From assembly GCA_951801965.1 (NCBI GenBank), contig CATOPA010000001.1, forward strand, positions 1 to 61,831: a stretch of 61,831 nt of DNA, read 5' to 3'. This document shows positions 60,364 to 61,831 of the stretch, in pieces. The notes under the pieces were generated by a model. That model did no database searches and was not told the origin of the DNA. It worked only from the letters and a program-made list of their open reading frames with translations. The DNA comes from an uncultured Erysipelotrichaceae bacterium. GTDB lineage: Bacteria > Bacillota_I > Bacilli_A > Erysipelotrichales > Coprobacillaceae. Every line of letters starts with the position of its first letter. Position 1 is the first letter of the stretch. The translations under genes and the position numbers were made by a program.

Positions 60364-60963
60364 TCAATCATTTTCCTTTTTAAAATGACTTGCATCAACT
60401 TTACAAATAGGGCAAATATAGTCTTGAGGGATATGATCTCCTTCATAAATATATCCACAAACATCGCATTTCCATTTTGTCTTTCCTTTTGAAGCATCTG
60501 CTTTTTTCTTATGATAATAATCATATGTGAGAACTTCTTTTTCATTAACCATATGTCCTTTTACAGGATCACAAATAAAAATCAAATGTGTTTTTACATC
60601 AACTGTTTTTATGACTTGACAGCTTATGGACGCTACTGTATTTGATGAAGGATAGGGAATATCAAAAATATCTTTGTGATGTTCAATATCTTTAAATTTG
60701 TCTTTATCTTTGCCGCTTTGAAAACCAAAATGAGCTATTGTATCTAAGGGTGTTTCTTTGTCTAAAATAACAATATGCAGACGTTGACTCTTTTGAATAA
60801 GAGAAGTTGTATAATTTGTTTTTTGAAGAGTTACACTTAGTTGAAGAGGCTCATTAGTGACTTGCATAACAGTATTGATGACACAACCACTTGTTTTATG
60901 ATCATATTGACTAGAAACAATGTAAAGTCCATAAGTGAGTTTTGTTAGTATTTTTTTATCCAT
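60364..60963 (-). CDS. flavin reductase-like domain fused to a C-terminal rubredoxin-type zinc/iron ribbon
   Basis: LTYGLYIVSS...SGCVINTVMQVT (flavin reductase-like) plus WKCDVCGYIYEG...YICPICKV (rubredoxin Cys4). Confidence 0.75.
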   Translation of the reverse strand: MDKKILTKLTYGLYIVSSQYDHKTSGCVINTVMQVTNEPLQLSVTLQKTNYTTSLIQKSQRLHIVILDKETPLDTIAHFGFQSGKDKDKFKDIEHHKDIFDIPYPSSNTVASISCQVIKTVDVKTHLIFICDPVKGHMVNEKEVLTYDYYHKKKADASKGKTKWKCDVCGYIYEGDHIPQDYICPICKVDASHFKKEND

Positions 60964-61088
60964 TAGTACCTCCTTATTTTTATTATGAACGTATAGATGA
61001 GAATTTATAAAAATATCTTGAAAAGATTGCTTTTTATGATATGAAATAGTAAAATATTTTCAATAAATCAATAAAGGGGAGAACATTG

Positions 61089-61831
61089 ATGATGAGAGCA
61101 TATTGTGAAATGAATAAAGAAGAATTGTTAGCATTACATGAAGATTTATCAAAACAATATCAAGTCATAAAAGAAAAAGGACTGAGTTTAAATATGGCAA
61201 GAGGAAAGCCAGACCTTGAACAAATTGGGTTGTCTTTGAATATTTTAGATACTTTAAATAGTCAGTATGATTTTAGTCAAAAAATGGATTATTGTAATTA
61301 TGGGATTTTAGATGGAATTAGTGAGGCAAAAGATTTTTTTGCAGAAATGCTATCAACAGAAGCTGAAAATGTCATTGTATATGGTAATTCAAGTTTAACA
61401 GTGATGTTTGATCAAATCAGCAGAGGATATACACATGGATATTTAGGAAATACACCTTGGTGTAAGTTAGAAAAGATAAAATTTTTATGTCCAGCTCCAG
61501 GATATGATAGACATTTTGCTATAACAGAACATTTCGGTATTGAAATGATAACAATTCCTATGAATGAAGATGGACCAGATATGGATATTGTTGAACAATA
61601 TGTCAATCATGATGAGAGTGTGAAGGGAATTTGGTGTGTTCCTCAATATGCGAATCCAACAGGTATCACATATTCTGATGAAGTTGTTGAAAGGTTTGCA
61701 ATGCTTCATCCAGCAGCAAAAGATTTTAGAATTTTTTGGGATAATGCTTATGTTGTGCATGATTTGTATGACAGCACTGTACCGCTAAAGAATATTTATA
61801 CAGCCTGCCTTGCAAACGGCAACCCTAACAG
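61089..61831 (+). CDS. PLP-dependent aminotransferase (class I/II fold), 3' end outside the window
   Basis: Not in the ORF track because no stop lies in the window. Hand translation gives MMRAYCEMNKEELLALHEDL...LNMARGKPDLEQ...GILDGISEAKDFFAEML...VPQYANPTGITYSDEVV...FWDNAYVVHDL. GGGGAG RBS. Confidence 0.7.
   Translation, partial: MMRAYCEMNKEELLALHEDLSKQYQVIKEKGLSLNMARGKPDLEQIGLSLNILDTLNSQYDFSQKMDYCNYGILDGISEAKDFFAEMLSTEAENVIVYGNSSLTVMFDQISRGYTHGYLGNTPWCKLEKIKFLCPAPGYDRHFAITEHFGIEMITIPMNEDGPDMDIVEQYVNHDESVKGIWCVPQYANPTGITYSDEVVERFAMLHPAAKDFRIFWDNAYVVHDLYDSTVPLKNIYTACLANGNPN

Overview
This is an AT-rich chromosomal segment (about one-third G+C by eye) from a low-GC Firmicute. Gene content resembles gut Erysipelotrichales/Clostridia, but the species cannot be determined from the sequence alone. 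No rRNA, tRNA or CRISPR array was seen.

Positions 1-33.7 kb are mostly ordinary metabolism and accessory genes:
- an ABC transporter operon
- a HAD phosphatase, a flavin reductase and two DegV paralogs
- acetyltransferases and a FeoA-FeoB fusion
- an RpiR/PTS-EIIC/GH1 beta-glucoside operon
- folD, rubrerythrin and a PspA module
- two large paralogous cell-surface GH20 glycosidases separated by an RpiR regulator
- pyrG

Decayed mobile or defence genes are interspersed among these: an IS66 relic, XRE relics and a frameshifted Abi_2 gene.

The standout element is a defence island at about 33.9-55.8 kb. It holds a complete type 1 BREX system (brxA-brxB-brxC-pglX-pglZ-brxL) that is non-canonical in several ways:
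- A small XRE gene overlaps brxA.
- A 204-aa ORF with a PD-(D/E)xK-like motif is translationally coupled to pglX.
- A 1170-aa SIR2 plus helical-repeat (DSR-like) gene and a Schlafen/AlbA_2 (COG2865-type) gene sit between pglX and pglZ.
- A second, frameshifted COG2865-type gene follows brxL.
- Each COG2865-type gene is followed by a short 10-12-bp tandem array.
- pglX contains a strikingly GC-rich patch with a perfect 18-bp-stem hairpin.
- Relics of mobile-element genes flank the island.

Downstream lie an OmpR/HK two-component system, a collagen-like repeat protein with a partner GT2-TPR glycosyltransferase, a flavin-reductase/rubredoxin fusion and a partial aminotransferase.

All functional calls rest on motif recognition by eye. 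No database search was possible.
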